Assembly: GCA_963755715.1 (NCBI GenBank)
Contig: CAVWLW010000033.1
Coordinates: 32,001-96,000 of the forward strand
Length of the DNA stretch: 64,000 nucleotides
Origin: an uncultured delta proteobacterium
GTDB lineage: Bacteria; Desulfobacterota; Binatia; UBA9968
Reading direction: 5' to 3'
The translations under genes and the position numbers were made by a program. Positions 29,521 to 41,420 of the stretch are shown here, one piece after another (position 1 is the stretch's first letter; each line of letters opens with the position of its first letter). The notes below the pieces were generated by a model. That model was not told where the DNA came from. It saw nothing but the letters and a program-made list of their open reading frames with translations, and ran no database searches.

Positions 29521-29976
29521 ATGGTGTTGATTAATCGTCGCACGTTGCGCATTGAATGGGGTCAGTGCGATCCCGCCGGGATCGTTTTTTATCCGCAATA
29601 CCTGATCATCTTCGACACCAGCACCGGCTGCTTGTTCGAGCGCACCGGCTTGACGCCTTCGGCGATGCGTAAAAAGTATCGCATCGTCGGCATGCCGATC
29701 GTCGAAGTGGGAGCGCGCTTTGTCATGCCCTGCCGATTCGACGACGACATCGTCGTCGAGAGCGAGGTTGGTGAGTGGGGCCGCAGCAGTTTTACGGTGC
29801 GGCATCGGATTGTCAAAGCCGGCGAGCTGGCGCTGGACGGTTTTGAGAAACGGGTTTGGGCGGCCGCAGATCCTGAACGCCTGGGCGCGATCAAGGCGCA
29901 AGCAGTGCCGGCGGAAATCATCGCGAGTCTATCCGATCCGAGCGGCGCGACAACTATAAAATTGGATCAAGCATAA
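29521..29976 (+). CDS. 4-hydroxybenzoyl-CoA-type hot-dog thioesterase
   Basis: IEWGQCDPAGIVFYPQY motif. Confidence 0.88.
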   Translation: MVLINRRTLRIEWGQCDPAGIVFYPQYLIIFDTSTGCLFERTGLTPSAMRKKYRIVGMPIVEVGARFVMPCRFDDDIVVESEVGEWGRSSFTVRHRIVKAGELALDGFEKRVWAAADPERLGAIKAQAVPAEIIASLSDPSGATTIKLDQA

Positions 29977-29989
29977 TGGAGGCGGAACG

Positions 29990-30971
29990 ATGGAAACGTT
30001 AGCGTCTAACGTAACGGATCAAGTTGCTTCGACAAAACAACCGCGTTTCTCCGGCATGAGTCATGTGAGTTTGCCGTGCCGGAATCTTGAACGAGTCGAA
30101 GCTTTTCTATTCGCAAGTGATGGGTGGCGAGCTGTTCCACGAGATCGCCGGCTTCGTCGAGTACCGGATAGCAGACATCGTCATTGGGCTGTCCGAGCAG
30201 GAGGAGGGCTGGACCGGTCCGGACGACGAATATCCGCACTACGCTTTTTATCTCGACGGACAAAATTTCGAGCTAATGAAGAAATGGCTCGATCGCTACG
30301 CTGTGCCGAATTATCCTTACCGGCGTGACCAGACCGCGCTGATTTATTTTCGCGATCCATCGGGAAATCTTTTCGAGCTTTACTGTGACCGCGGCTATGA
30401 AGGCATCGAGTCTTTGCCATTGGCGCCGCGAAGGGGAGGGCCGGCGATCGATTTTCGCCGGCTCAATTATGTGTGGAATCATGGATACGCCGGGTCCGGC
30501 GTCGATCCCGAGATTCAGAAGCCGCAGCTCAGCGCTTTTGCGCACGCCAGCCTTTTCTGCGCCGATCTCGAACAGGCGAAGCGCTTCTTCACCCAAGTGC
30601 TCGGCGGCGAGCTGATTCACGATGTCGACGGCTTCGCCGAAGTGCGCGTCGCCGGGATCATCATCGGTCTCACGGTTCGGCCCGGGCGCACTACGGCGCG
30701 CAATGCCGAATTTCCCCATTATGCGTTTTTCGCGGAAGCAGAAGATTTTCTGCCGATGGTGGCATGGCTTCGTCAAAACGGGGTCGTCACGACCGAGCCG
30801 TGGACACGCGATGGCGTCAAAGGCCTTCTTTATTTTCGCGATCCGGCGGGAAATCTCTTCGAGATGTATTGCCGTCAAATCAAAGACGCAGCGAGCTTCG
30901 CGCGCGGCGCGAAGCAAGGCGGTAACTACACGATCGACCTTGCGGCGTTGGAGTATCGCTGGCCTAGTTAG
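29990..30971 (+). CDS. Tandem VOC-family protein (frameshift near 30088)
   Basis: Two internal repeats H.SL...FF.QV.GGEL.H...PHYAF...YFRDP.GNLFE. Confidence 0.82.
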
Positions 30972-31108
30972 ATTAGGAAGACAAAGCAGGAAATTAGAAA
31001 AACTACCGAGCTCTGCGCGAACCGCGCAAATACCCGCCAATATTCGATCTCGCACCGGGCTCCCGCCGCGCCATTCAATTCGGATTAAGGCCGCTTGTTT
31101 TCGAAATT

Positions 31109-33059
31109 TTACGCTGACGCGCGGGTCAGTTGGTTCGATTCGCTTATTTTCGGCGCCGGCAAAGAGCTATCGTCGGCAGTGAGCTGAACCAATTGCGATA
31201 ATTGGTCGCGCGCTTCGCTCAATGTAGCGACCACCCGGTCGGCACCGACCGAAGTCAAAGAAGCCTGCGCATATTCCAAACTTCCGGAAAAATTCCAGCG
31301 GCCGACGAGGATTTTGACGTCGGCGCAACGGGCGCGGATTCTCTTGCAAAGATAACGGGCTTGCACCAGACCGCCGGGCGCGATCGCGCCGATACAAACC
31401 AGCCGCGGCTGCTTCTCTTCGACCAGCGCAACCACTTCGGCGGCGAGCATATTTGGCGAGGCGACGTCGATCGGATAACGGCGTGAATCGAGAAGCTTTT
31501 CGAGCGCAAGCAAGGCGATTTCGTCGGCCTCTCCGTCGGCGGGGAAAGCGAATATTTGAAAAACCTGGTCTGGCGGAGGAGCGGCCGGTTCGACCGATTC
31601 GGTCTTCTTTTCCGGCGATTTTTTAGCCGCGGCTTGTCGGTCGTCGAGATCTTCCAAGATTGCCCGGGTGCCATCGTGAACCGATTTCTGGTCTTTCTCG
31701 CTCAACTGATCACGGCGCCGGTCGCTCTTGCCCCGGCTCAAAGCCGGTATGAAAACGTCGTCGCAAAGCTCTGCGATCGAGTGGGTTTGCAAATATTCCT
31801 CGACGATTTCTTCGCCTTCGTCCTGATCGCTTGCCAACATGCGCTGATAGAAGTTGACGTAGGTTTCCAATGCCGGCGCATCGCTCAGCAGCACCGTCAC
31901 GAAGGCCATCTCTGGAACATATTTGGCGAACACCACCAAGCACACCGTGAGCGGCGTCGCCAAGACGAGCCCGACCGGTCCCCATAGCCAGGTCCAGAAT
32001 GCCGCCATGACCAGCACGGCTATCTCGGATACGCCGGCGCTTTCGCCGTATAAGCGCGGCTCCAAGAAAAAATTGATAATCAGCTCGATGGCGAGGAAGG
32101 AGCCGACGATAATCAGAGATGTCATCCAGCCGGGAAAATAGGCGAGGCTCAGAGCCGTCGGCAGCAAGGCGGCCGACCCATGGCCCGACATAGGGAATAA
32201 AGCGCAGCATCGTTGCCAAAAAACCCCAGAGCAGCGCATAAGGAACGTCGAGGAAAAAAAGTATGACGCCGATGGCAAGGCCGAAACCGCTGTTGATCAG
32301 CAGCTGTGCGAGCAGATAATGGCTGATTTTCTGCCCTGCTTCTTCCATCGCCTTGGTTGTAATCGTCAGACGACCGTAGCCCGAAACCCGGATCAGGCGG
32401 TTGCGTAGCTCTTCCCGTTGAATGAGCATGAAGATAACGAGCACGATGGCCAGCACCGCGCCAGCAAGGCGTTCGACGATCGGACCGGTAGCCAGCGGTA
32501 TCGGCCAAAATACCGAGTGCTGGTCGGAGGCAACCACCACCGGCCGCGGCGCTGGTTCTCGCGCCGCCGTTTCCGGTTTGTTCAGTTCTTTCTTGACTTC
32601 ATCGACGGTCTGTTCGACTTTTTCCAGTGCGCCGCCTCTTTTGAAGTCGCGCAAATCGGCAACCTTTTGCTGAATGTTTTTTCGATATTGCGGCAGGTCG
32701 TTGGCCAAAGCGGCAATCTGCCACGCCACGATCCAGCCCACGCTGAGTAGGATCGAGAAGGAGAAAACCGTCGCGATGACGACCGAAACAACCCGCCCCA
32801 AACGCAAGCGCTCGAGCGCGCTTACGACCGGGTTCAGCACGAAAGTGAGCAGCAGGGCGACGGCGATGGGCACCAATACTTGCTGCGCCCAATACAGAAT
32901 GGCGACGATCGTCACTACAATAGGCAGAAAAATCCAACCCGGCATTTTGGCGCTGGAGCGAGGGAGCAGCGTCTGCTTTGTCGGGACCGAGGGTGGCGGC
33001 GTTGCTTCTTCCGGCGGAGTGTCCGCGCTTGAGCTCTTGGTGAAAAGTGTCGACAACAT
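31109..33059 (-). CDS. AI-2E family transporter with C-terminal soluble (B12-binding-like) domain, frameshift near 32185
   Basis: LVPIAVALLLTFVLNP, LRFIPYVG, EPRLYGES.GVS, WTWLWGPVGL.LATPLTVCL. Confidence 0.85.
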
Positions 33060-33077
33060 TTAAGTTAAGCGGGTCGG

Positions 33078-34643
33078 CTATTCGATGCGTTTAGATAGCA
33101 AGTTGCTCAGCCAATTGATGCCCTTGGGAAACAGCGTGTCGCGGCCGGCAGGTATCGGCTCGTAAGTGTCTTCGCCGAAGACCGGTCCTTCGGGGTCGAG
33201 CGGCAGTCCGTCGGGAAAGAAAGTTTCGATCCAGGTCTCGGCTTCTGCTGAATTGTCCAGCAGCGGATGAATGCGCAGGCGCGACGACGGATCTTGAGCG
33301 AACTCATCGAGGCGGCCGACCAAGCCGCCGATCGGTGCGAGGGCATCGGCGGCGGCGCCGTCGAGCCCGGTGTGCTCGGTGAGAAGATTCACGCGCGCGT
33401 CGCGTATCGAGCGCAGCGCGTCGTCGTCGCCGTGGCGCGCCTGCCACGAAACGTTGAGCTCGGTATCCAGTCCCATGCTGCGATTGTTCATGTTGGCCGA
33501 GCCGACGCTCAGGAAACAATCGTCGACCAAGAGAAGCTTAGAATGAATGTAGGTGGGCACGTCTTCACCGTCCTCGGCCCGTGAGGCGGGATAATAGATG
33601 CCCAACTTGTGCCCGGTGTTGGCCGCGAGGTTTTTTAGCTCGCGGATGATTTTCGTCTGGGCGACGCCGATCGATGCCTGCTCGACGAAGGCGTTGGCTT
33701 CCTTGGCCAGCAACAAAACGATTTCCAAGCGCGGGCGGCTGCGGTCGTGCATGCGCCGGACAAGCGCGTCGTAGATCGCCTGCGAGCTGAAATATTGGTT
33801 TTCGAGATATATGAGGGATTCGGCGGCGTGGACCGCGTCGCGAAACAGACGGCGGATTTCGCGCACCGACTCATTGCCAGATTCCAGCGGCTTGACTTGA
33901 GTCCGGCTGAGCGCCACCCGCGGCGAATCGATCGGCAGCGCGTTTTGCGGGCGCAGCGCCGGCTTTTTCGACGGCGCCGGAAGCTCGAGCTCGGACCCAG
34001 ACCCACAGACGATCGACCACTGCTCCTTGAAAAATTGCGCGAGCCGCGCGGCCAGGGCGCCGACGTGGTAGGTTTGCACGTCATGAAACGGCGCGTAGGG
34101 GATCTCATCGGTATTGACGCGGCGCGGGTTGACGGCGCGATGATCGCGCTCGTCCCAGCGCCCCGAGCAGATGTCGAGTCCACCCAAGAAGGCGATCTGG
34201 CCGTCGATCACGACGAATTTTTGGTGATGGCTGGCGCCGAACGCATGACACGAGTCAAAGCAGAATTGGATGCGCTCATTGGCGTTCCATTTGAAATGCC
34301 AGCGCTGCAGCCATTCCCGATCGATGCAGTAAATCATGCTGAAGTTCCAGGCGAGAATGTACACGCGCAAGTCGGGGTTGTTTTCACAAAGACGATTGAG
34401 AAACGAAAGGAGCGTGCTGTCGGCCGCGGTGGGGCCATCGTCGCGCAGGAGTTGCACGTCGCTGTCGAATTGCCAGCCGGACAAGAGGATGTAGCTCTCG
34501 GCCTTTGCCGCCGCAGTCCAAAAAGCGCGATAGTAGTCGCAGCCATCGACCAGCAAACCGCTCTCGCTGACGTTGTCGATGCCGTAACAGTTGATGCCCG
34601 CCGCTAAAATATCTTTCATGGGTTTTATGATCGCGTTCGCCAC
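33078..34643 (-). CDS. Phospholipase D-family protein (start may be 34619)
   Basis: Two HxKxxxxD motifs: HQKFVVID and HSKLLLVD; GSANMNNRS. Confidence 0.9.
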   Translation of the reverse strand: MANAIIKPMKDILAAGINCYGIDNVSESGLLVDGCDYYRAFWTAAAKAESYILLSGWQFDSDVQLLRDDGPTAADSTLLSFLNRLCENNPDLRVYILAWNFSMIYCIDREWLQRWHFKWNANERIQFCFDSCHAFGASHHQKFVVIDGQIAFLGGLDICSGRWDERDHRAVNPRRVNTDEIPYAPFHDVQTYHVGALAARLAQFFKEQWSIVCGSGSELELPAPSKKPALRPQNALPIDSPRVALSRTQVKPLESGNESVREIRRLFRDAVHAAESLIYLENQYFSSQAIYDALVRRMHDRSRPRLEIVLLLAKEANAFVEQASIGVAQTKIIRELKNLAANTGHKLGIYYPASRAEDGEDVPTYIHSKLLLVDDCFLSVGSANMNNRSMGLDTELNVSWQARHGDDDALRSIRDARVNLLTEHTGLDGAAADALAPIGGLVGRLDEFAQDPSSRLRIHPLLDNSAEAETWIETFFPDGLPLDPEGPVFGEDTYEPIPAGRDTLFPKGINWLSNLLSKRIE

Positions 34644-34707
34644 GGCTGAATTCTAAGGGTCTGGCTTCAGGTACCGAGCTATTGACAGACCGTGGACACC
34701 CTAAAAG

Positions 34708-34723
34708 CGCAACTAGAGTGCCA
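34708..34723 (-). promoter_or_regulatory. Sigma54-type -24/-12 promoter
   Basis: Minus strand reads TGGCAC-TCTAG-TTGCG, matching TGGCAC-N5-TTGC, 65-90 nt upstream of PLD. Confidence 0.7.
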
Positions 34724-35006
34724 GGGAAAAATCCTTATTTTTTCGAGGGCGCCGATACCTTTTGTCGGTTTTATCCCTACTCCGGTCCCGTCGGTGTGAC
34801 AGGAGTTAACCTGCAAATGCCGATTGCCGGTGCGCTATGAAAACATCTTGCGCCGTGAAAATTAAGAGAATAAGAGTAACTAAAGATTAGCCTAAATCGG
34901 CGGGTGGGGTTTGCGTTCTGGTTGACGGGGGCATCAAACAAATATTTGATCAGTCAGGCACAGATCGTGAATCGCAGGTGTTGTAACGGTACCAAAGCAG
35001 CGATTT

Positions 35007-38000
35007 ATGAGTGACGCGCAAGAGCCTTCTGTTTCGGACTCGGATCTTGACGCCAAAACATCCGACAGCCACTGCACCGTTGTCGGCATCGGCGCCTCCG
35101 CCGGTGGCATCACCGCGCTCAAGAATCTTTTTCAGCATATGCCGTCCGACAGCGGCATGGCCTTTGTCGTCATCGTTCACCTCGCCCACGACCACCACAG
35201 TACTCTTGCGGCAATCCTTCAGTCGAGCACTTCCATGCCGGTGTTGGAGGTGACCGAGACCCTGCGCGTCGAGCCGGATCACGTTTACGTCATCCCGCCG
35301 GGAAAATATCTGGAGATGTTGGACGGGGAAATCCGTCTCGCCGAGCGCACCGAAGTGCGCGGCGTGCGTGTGCCCATCGATATGTTTTTGCGCACGCTTG
35401 CGGACGCTTATGGTCGCAATGCGATCTGCGTGATTCTTTCGGGCAGCGGCTCGGATGGCACCCTCGGCTTAAAACGGGTCAAGGAAGCCGGCGGTATTGC
35501 CATCGCGCAGGCCCCGGAAGATGCCGAGTACGACTCGATGCCGCGCAGCGCCATCGCCACCGACCTCGTCGATTTGATTTTTCCCGCAAGCCAAATCCCG
35601 GAAAAACTCATCGCCCTTAAGCGGACCGCCGATAGATTGCAACGCGACGGCGAAAAAGTCAGCGACGAAAAGATTCCCTCCCAGGACGCCGTGCGCGAAA
35701 TTACCTCGCTGCTGCGCGCGCGCACCGGCCACGACTTTTCGAGCTACAAGCAGCCGACGGTGTTGCGCCGCATCGCGCGGCGCGTGCAGGTGCATGAGCT
35801 GGAGGCCATCGACGAATACGTCGATTTCTTGCGCGGTCATCCGGAGGAAGTCGAAGCGCTGCTCGCCGATCTGCTGATCACCGTCACCGATTTTTTCCGC
35901 GACAAGGAAGTCTTCGAAGCCTTGCAGCAAAACGTCGTGCCGAAGTTATTTAAGGGAAAGACTTCGGCGGATCAGGTGCGGGTCTGGGTCGTCGGCTGCG
36001 CCACCGGCGAGGAGGCCTACTCGATCGCGATGCTGCTGCGCGAGCATGCGGACCAATTGGCTGATCCGCCGGCGCTGCAAGTCTTCGCGACCGACATCAA
36101 CGAACAGGCGATCGCCACGGCGCGCGCGGGCCGCTACAACGAGGCGATGACCGCCGATGTTTCGCCCGAGCGGCTGCGCCAGTTTTTTGTGAAAGAGGGC
36201 AGATTCTATCACGTGAAAAAAGAGATACGCGAGATGGTCTTGTTCGCGCCGCACAATGTGACCCGTGATCCGCCCTTTTCGCGCATCGACCTGCTCAGTT
36301 GCCGGAATTTGCTGATTTACCTCAATCGCGACATGCAGGAACGGATCTTGGAGATCTTTCACTTTGCCCTGCACCGAGAAGGGTTCTTATGCTTGGGAAC
36401 CTCGGAATCGGCTGAAAGCGCCGCGTCGCTATTTTCTGTTTTCGATAAAAAGTGGCGTATCTACAAAAATCGCCAGGCGAGCCTGCCGCACCCGAAGTTT
36501 CTTATCCTCCGGCGCAGGGGAAGTGGCAGGTGCGTTTCCCCGAACCGCCGCCCCTTCAGCGCGTACAGGATTCTTCCTTCGGCGAGCTTCACTTCAAGCT
36601 GATCGAATTGCACGGACCGCCGAGCGTGCTGGTCAATGAAGAAGGGGATATCGTTCACTTGAGCGAGCACGCGGGCCGCTACCTGCGCATGGCGGGCGGC
36701 GAGCCGACCAATAATTTGCTCAAAGTCATTCATCCCGATCTCCATATCGATTGCCGCACGGCGTTGCTTGCCGCGCGCCAGAGCCATCAGCCGAGCGAAG
36801 CACGCAATCTCCGGGTCACGCTCGACGGCGAGCCGCGTAGCGTTAACCTGATCGTGCGCCCGGCAATAGACGGAGGCGAAGCGGGACAGGCCTACTTCCT
36901 CGTGCTATTCGAAGAGCAGGAGGGGCCATCACGTTTCCCAGAGCTGCCACCGACCTCTCCGGCTGCCTTAGCCGGCGATAAGGTGATGGAGACCGCAGTC
37001 CTTCATCTCGAAGAGGAGCTGCAGCAGACGAAGAATCGGCTGCGGATAATCGTCGAGCAGTACGAAACTTCGATCGAAGAGCTGAAAGCTTCCAACGAAG
37101 AGCTGCAGGCGATCAACGAAGAGATGCGCTCCGCGGGCGAAGAGCTGGAAACCGGCAAAGAAGAGCTCCAGTCGGTCAACGAAGAGCTGATCACGCTCAA
37201 TCACGAATTGAAAAACAAAGTCGATGAGCTCAGCCGCGCCAATTCGGACCTGCAAAACCTGATATCGTCGACCGACATCGCTTTGATTTTTCTCGATCCC
37301 GGCCTACGAATTCGCCGGTACACGCCGCAGGCCCAGCACCTTTTCAACATTATTCCGACGGATATCGGTCGCCCCCTCGAACATCTGACGCATAAGCTCG
37401 AATACGAAAACCTGGTGGCGGATTCGACCGAAGTGCTGCGCACGCTGCGGCCGAGCGAGCGTGAAATCCGCAGCACGGATGACCGCTGGTATATTTCCCG
37501 GATCGCGCCCTACCGCACGGTGGAAGACAAGATCGATGGTATCGTATTCACGTTCGTCGATATCACCGAGCGGCGCAACACGGAGCACAATTTACGCCAG
37601 GCGCATGAACGCTTTGAGCTGGCCGTCGAAGGTTCGAGAGACGTCATATGGGATTGGAACATAAGCACCGGGGAGATTTATTTTTCTGATCGGATTTACG
37701 AGCTATTGAGTGAAAACGGACAGCGGTTCACGCACGGGTTTACTTGGCGAGATTGGCAGGCGCTGATTCATCCGCAGGACAGAGCCAGGGTGGTAAAAGA
37801 AACCGAGCGCTATCTGGAAACGCGGGACAAAGTTTACAACGTCGACTATCGGGTGGGCAGCAAAGAAGGAGCTTACCGCTGGGTCAATTCTCGTGGGCAA
37901 GCTCTCTGGGACCCGTCCGGCAAGTCGACACGGATGGCCGGCTCGTTGACCGATATTAGCGACCGCAAAACATTGGACGAGGAACTGATCGCGTCGGACC

Positions 38001-39091
38001 GGCGCAAGGACGAGTTCTTGGCGATGCTGTCGCACGAACTGCGCAATCCGCTCGCGCCAATGACCGGCGCCTTGGAGCTCATGAAGAGCGCCAGTGACCG
38101 GGACACCGAGCAGCGCGCGCTTCACGTGCTCGAGCGCCAGGTCGGCCAGATCGTTCGCATGGTGGATGATCTGCTCGACATCTCGCGCATGGCGGTAGGA
38201 AAATTGAGCTTGCGTATGACCCGCGCCGACTTGGCCACGGTAGTCGAGTTTGCGCTGGAAACCTGCCGGCCGATGATCAATGCCGCGGCACATCGGTTGA
38301 CGGTTTCGTTGCCGCCCGAGCCGCTTTATCTGAATGCCGACGTGGCGAGGCTGGCGCAGGTGCTCGCCAACCTTTTGAACAACGCTATCAAGTACACCCC
38401 ATCGGGAGGCGAAATCCGTCTGAGCGCGTCGCGCGAAGACGATGACGCCGTCATTCGAGTGCAAGACAACGGTATGGGCATCGCCCCCGCTGATTTGTCG
38501 CGCATCTTCGATATTTTTACCCAAGGCGACCCCCGGAGCCGGCCCTTGGGCGGTCTAGGCATCGGTTTGAGCCTGGTGAAGCAATTGGTCGAAATGCACG
38601 GCGGTACGGTCTCAGCGCTGAGCGGCGGTTTGGGAAAGGGGAGTGAATTCATCGTGCGCGTGCCGCTGTCGGCCAATCAGGACGAGCAAGTCACCGCGCA
38701 CGAAGAAGCTAAAATCGCCAAGGCGGTCCCGCGGCGCATTCTCGTCGTTGACGACAACCAACACGCGGCGGAAATATTGGCCAAGTGGCTAAACCTGGAG
38801 GGGCATTCGGTGACGACGGCTTTAGACGGCGCCAGCGCGATCGAAAAAGCGCTCGTGTTCAAGCCGGAGGTTGTTTGCCTCGATATCAGTTTGCCCGATA
38901 TCAGCGGTTACGACGTTGCCGCGCGCCTGCGCCGCGATCTGCCGGACCTACTCATCATAGCGATCTCCGGCTGGCTGCAGGAAAGCGAGAGCCAGAACGC
39001 TAAAGAAATCATCAATCACTATCTGTTGAAGCCGGTCGATTTTAAAGATCTCCGCGCCAAGATCGCCGGCACAAGAGCGCCCGACGAGTGA
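35007..39091 (+). CDS. CheB-CheR-PAS-histidine kinase-receiver fusion (frameshift near 36480)
   Basis: GASAGG/VH/GSDG (CheB); GCATGEEAYS (CheR); EELKASNEELQ coiled coil; SHELRNPL; GGLGIGL; VVDDN..LDISLP (REC). Confidence 0.9.
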
Positions 39092-39127
39092 CGTCGCGAT
39101 GGCGGATTGGTTCGGTCTTGTCGTCAG

Positions 39128-39435
39128 TCAAATTCTATCCGCGTCATGACCCGGCCGGGCGAATCTATCGGTTATCACCAGCTCGCCGACACGCAACCGC
39201 TTGACGTTGAGATCATCGATCTCGAGCGAGCGGATGTGCGAAACATCGACAATAAAACGTTTGAGCACCAAACGTCCGATCGCCAAGGCGCCGATCGCGA
39301 GAGCGCCGACGGCGAGGACGCCGATCGCTTGTGATCCGACAGCCAACGAGCCGATCGCAGTTTTTTTCGCGGCAAAAAGCGCAAGGCGCCGCGCGCCGCT
39401 TGGCTGCTCCGCAGTTTGGTTACACCGGCATTCAT
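39128..39435 (-). CDS. Small hypothetical protein with A-[IV]-G-x-[LQ] repeats (frameshift in A-run near 39365)
   Basis: AGGAG RBS; AIGSL-AVGSQ-AIGVL-AVGAL-AIGAL-AIGRL then LEIDDLNVKRLRVGEL. Confidence 0.6.
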
Positions 39436-39490
39436 CTTCGTGATCTCCTCTCTCTAAGCTGGACCTTGGCTCTTCAACATCTCTTTTTTT

Positions 39491-39982
39491 CTAAACTGAT
39501 CCATGGTGCACCGACGGCAATGAGCACATGCGGATCAAGGAAATTAGCAGGGCGCTGAAGCCGATCCAATGAAGTACAAAGCGCGCGGCGTGCGAGTATT
39601 CCCACTGGCTACGCCATCGACTCCAGTCCGGCGGAATCGAAGATGCTGTCCATTTGGCCGTCTCGGCATTGACCGGATTGGTAAATCCCAGCCAGACGAC
39701 GAAAAATGCGAGGGCCAGACAAATCGTGCCGGCGAGCGCCAGATAAAAAGCCGGCCGATGAGCGCGCACGAGATAAGATAAAACTGCCGTGGCGATGATC
39801 GCGCCGATCTCGACGGGTGCGCCGACGTAGGCGAAGTAGGGATAAAGCGTGTGCTGAAAAGTTCGCCAAAGCTGACCGTCGACATTCATTTTAGCCGGCA
39901 TCTCCAGCGTATGAGCGAAGCTCGTGCCCATCAGCAACGATGTCAACGTAAGCGTCAGGAAATACCAAACCTGAATAAACAT
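39491..39982 (-). CDS. DUF1772 / anthrone oxygenase-like membrane protein
   Basis: FAHTLEMPAK, NPVN...W...PPDWSRWRSQWEYSHAAR. Confidence 0.75.
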   Translation of the reverse strand: MFIQVWYFLTLTLTSLLMGTSFAHTLEMPAKMNVDGQLWRTFQHTLYPYFAYVGAPVEIGAIIATAVLSYLVRAHRPAFYLALAGTICLALAFFVVWLGFTNPVNAETAKWTASSIPPDWSRWRSQWEYSHAARFVLHWIGFSALLISLIRMCSLPSVHHGSV

Positions 39983-40155
39983 AGGCGTGCCGATTGTTCA
40001 ACGAAGACAAGAAATAGGAGCAAGCGCTGGGCCAAGATCGCAATTGCCGCATATGACGCGCGATCTGCGACTGGATTGCGCATTGCAGGCGATGGAATGC
40101 TGCAAGGCTGGAAATTTTTTGTCCCGCTTGTCGGACAGAAGGAGAAGACCCGGCG

Positions 40156-40524
40156 CTATTGCGCGGCGGCTCTCCGATAGCGGGCGGCGCCCATGTGGCC
40201 CAAGCCGATCGTGAGCACTCCGAGCAACAGATGGATCACCTGGATGATCCAGTGATAGTCGCCGACCAGCAATGACGCCTGGATCATGCCGAGCCAGCCG
40301 GTCAACGCGCCGACGATAACGGCGCAGGCGGCGATGATCCAACTGCCGCCTCTAACAAGAGCTTGGCCGATACCGATCACCCAAAGCGCGGCGACGGCCA
40401 GGAGACCGAGCAGCATATGCAGCGAAATAATATTCAATGCCATACCGGTCCAGAGGACCAAGCCGAAAATCAACGCGAGTATACCCGCTAAGCTCAAAAC
40501 GATGGATGCAATACGGATTATCAT
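40156..40524 (-). CDS. Hypothetical 4-TM membrane protein
   Basis: Hydrophobic; LHMLLG and IHLLLG His motifs; start trimmed to MIIRI after a GAGGA RBS. Confidence 0.7.
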   Translation of the reverse strand: MIIRIASIVLSLAGILALIFGLVLWTGMALNIISLHMLLGLLAVAALWVIGIGQALVRGGSWIIAACAVIVGALTGWLGMIQASLLVGDYHWIIQVIHLLLGVLTIGLGHMGAARYRRAAAQ

Positions 40525-40817
40525 AAGGGCGAATGTCCTCTCGCGTCCGGCCGCGGCGTGCGTTGTGTAAGCGCGCGCAACAAGCATTGATAAAGCTCAA
40601 TGCTATAGAGGTATTAGCAGATTTCCGTGCGGATCACTAAGAGCGGCGCAATATTTGTGAGGGCATATCGGGAGTGAAAGCGGTTATGCCGCTGCGGCGA
40701 TCGACGCAATTTGTGCGGGGAGAATTTGTTTGCTGGAGGTCCTCGAGCCCGCGCCGTTTCCGGATGAATTCGCTCGCCGCGAAGCGGAGGAAAATTTCGT
40801 CTTGATAAGACGTCGCT

Positions 40818-41213
40818 CTAAAATTTCCGATTCGGGGTTGCTGTACGAACAAAGACGGTCATGTGCTCGGCGCTCACGATCTCCACCTCGGTACCGGCGA
40901 CGATCATCTGATCGGCGGGAAGCGCTCTGGCGCTCCAGAGCTCACCTTGGACTCGGACGAAACCCTTCGGTGACAAATCATCGTGCGCGAAACCCCGCGC
41001 GCCGACAAGCGCTTGCAGACCCGTTTTAACGTTCGTCTGGTAGGCTCGGTGTAAAAGCGGATAAAGCATCACGTCTTTCAACACCCAAGCAAAAAAACCA
41101 ACGACGCCGAGCCATGGCGGCAAAAATTCCCAGTGCAAGAGGGCGAGCAAAACCGCTGCTGCTATAAGCCAGCCGGGGATTTGAAATATTAAATAACGTT
41201 GCCAGGTCGACAT
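40818..41213 (-). CDS. NfeD-family protein
   Basis: Two TM helices then LVGARG...GFVRVQGELWSAR OB-fold. Confidence 0.8.
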   Translation of the reverse strand: MSTWQRYLIFQIPGWLIAAAVLLALLHWEFLPPWLGVVGFFAWVLKDVMLYPLLHRAYQTNVKTGLQALVGARGFAHDDLSPKGFVRVQGELWSARALPADQMIVAGTEVEIVSAEHMTVFVRTATPNRKF

Positions 41214-41420
41214 CGATGGAGATTTTACGGATCGCGCGTCTACGAATCAACGGGTTTTCAGTTGATTAGAATCGCATGGATTGACATGATGACCGAGCGC
41301 CTTTTTCAAAGGGGGGCGAACAAAATCTCATTTCGGCCGCGTTTCTCCGGCATTTTTCTTGACGCTCGCGTGCGGTCTCGCTACTGTCACTGGACCCTTT
41401 GTCGAAAGGCTAATTCAGTC

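Noticed and set aside
35007-39091. Chemotaxis operon
   Set aside because: CheB and CheR are fused into a hybrid kinase; no cheA, cheW, cheY or MCP is present
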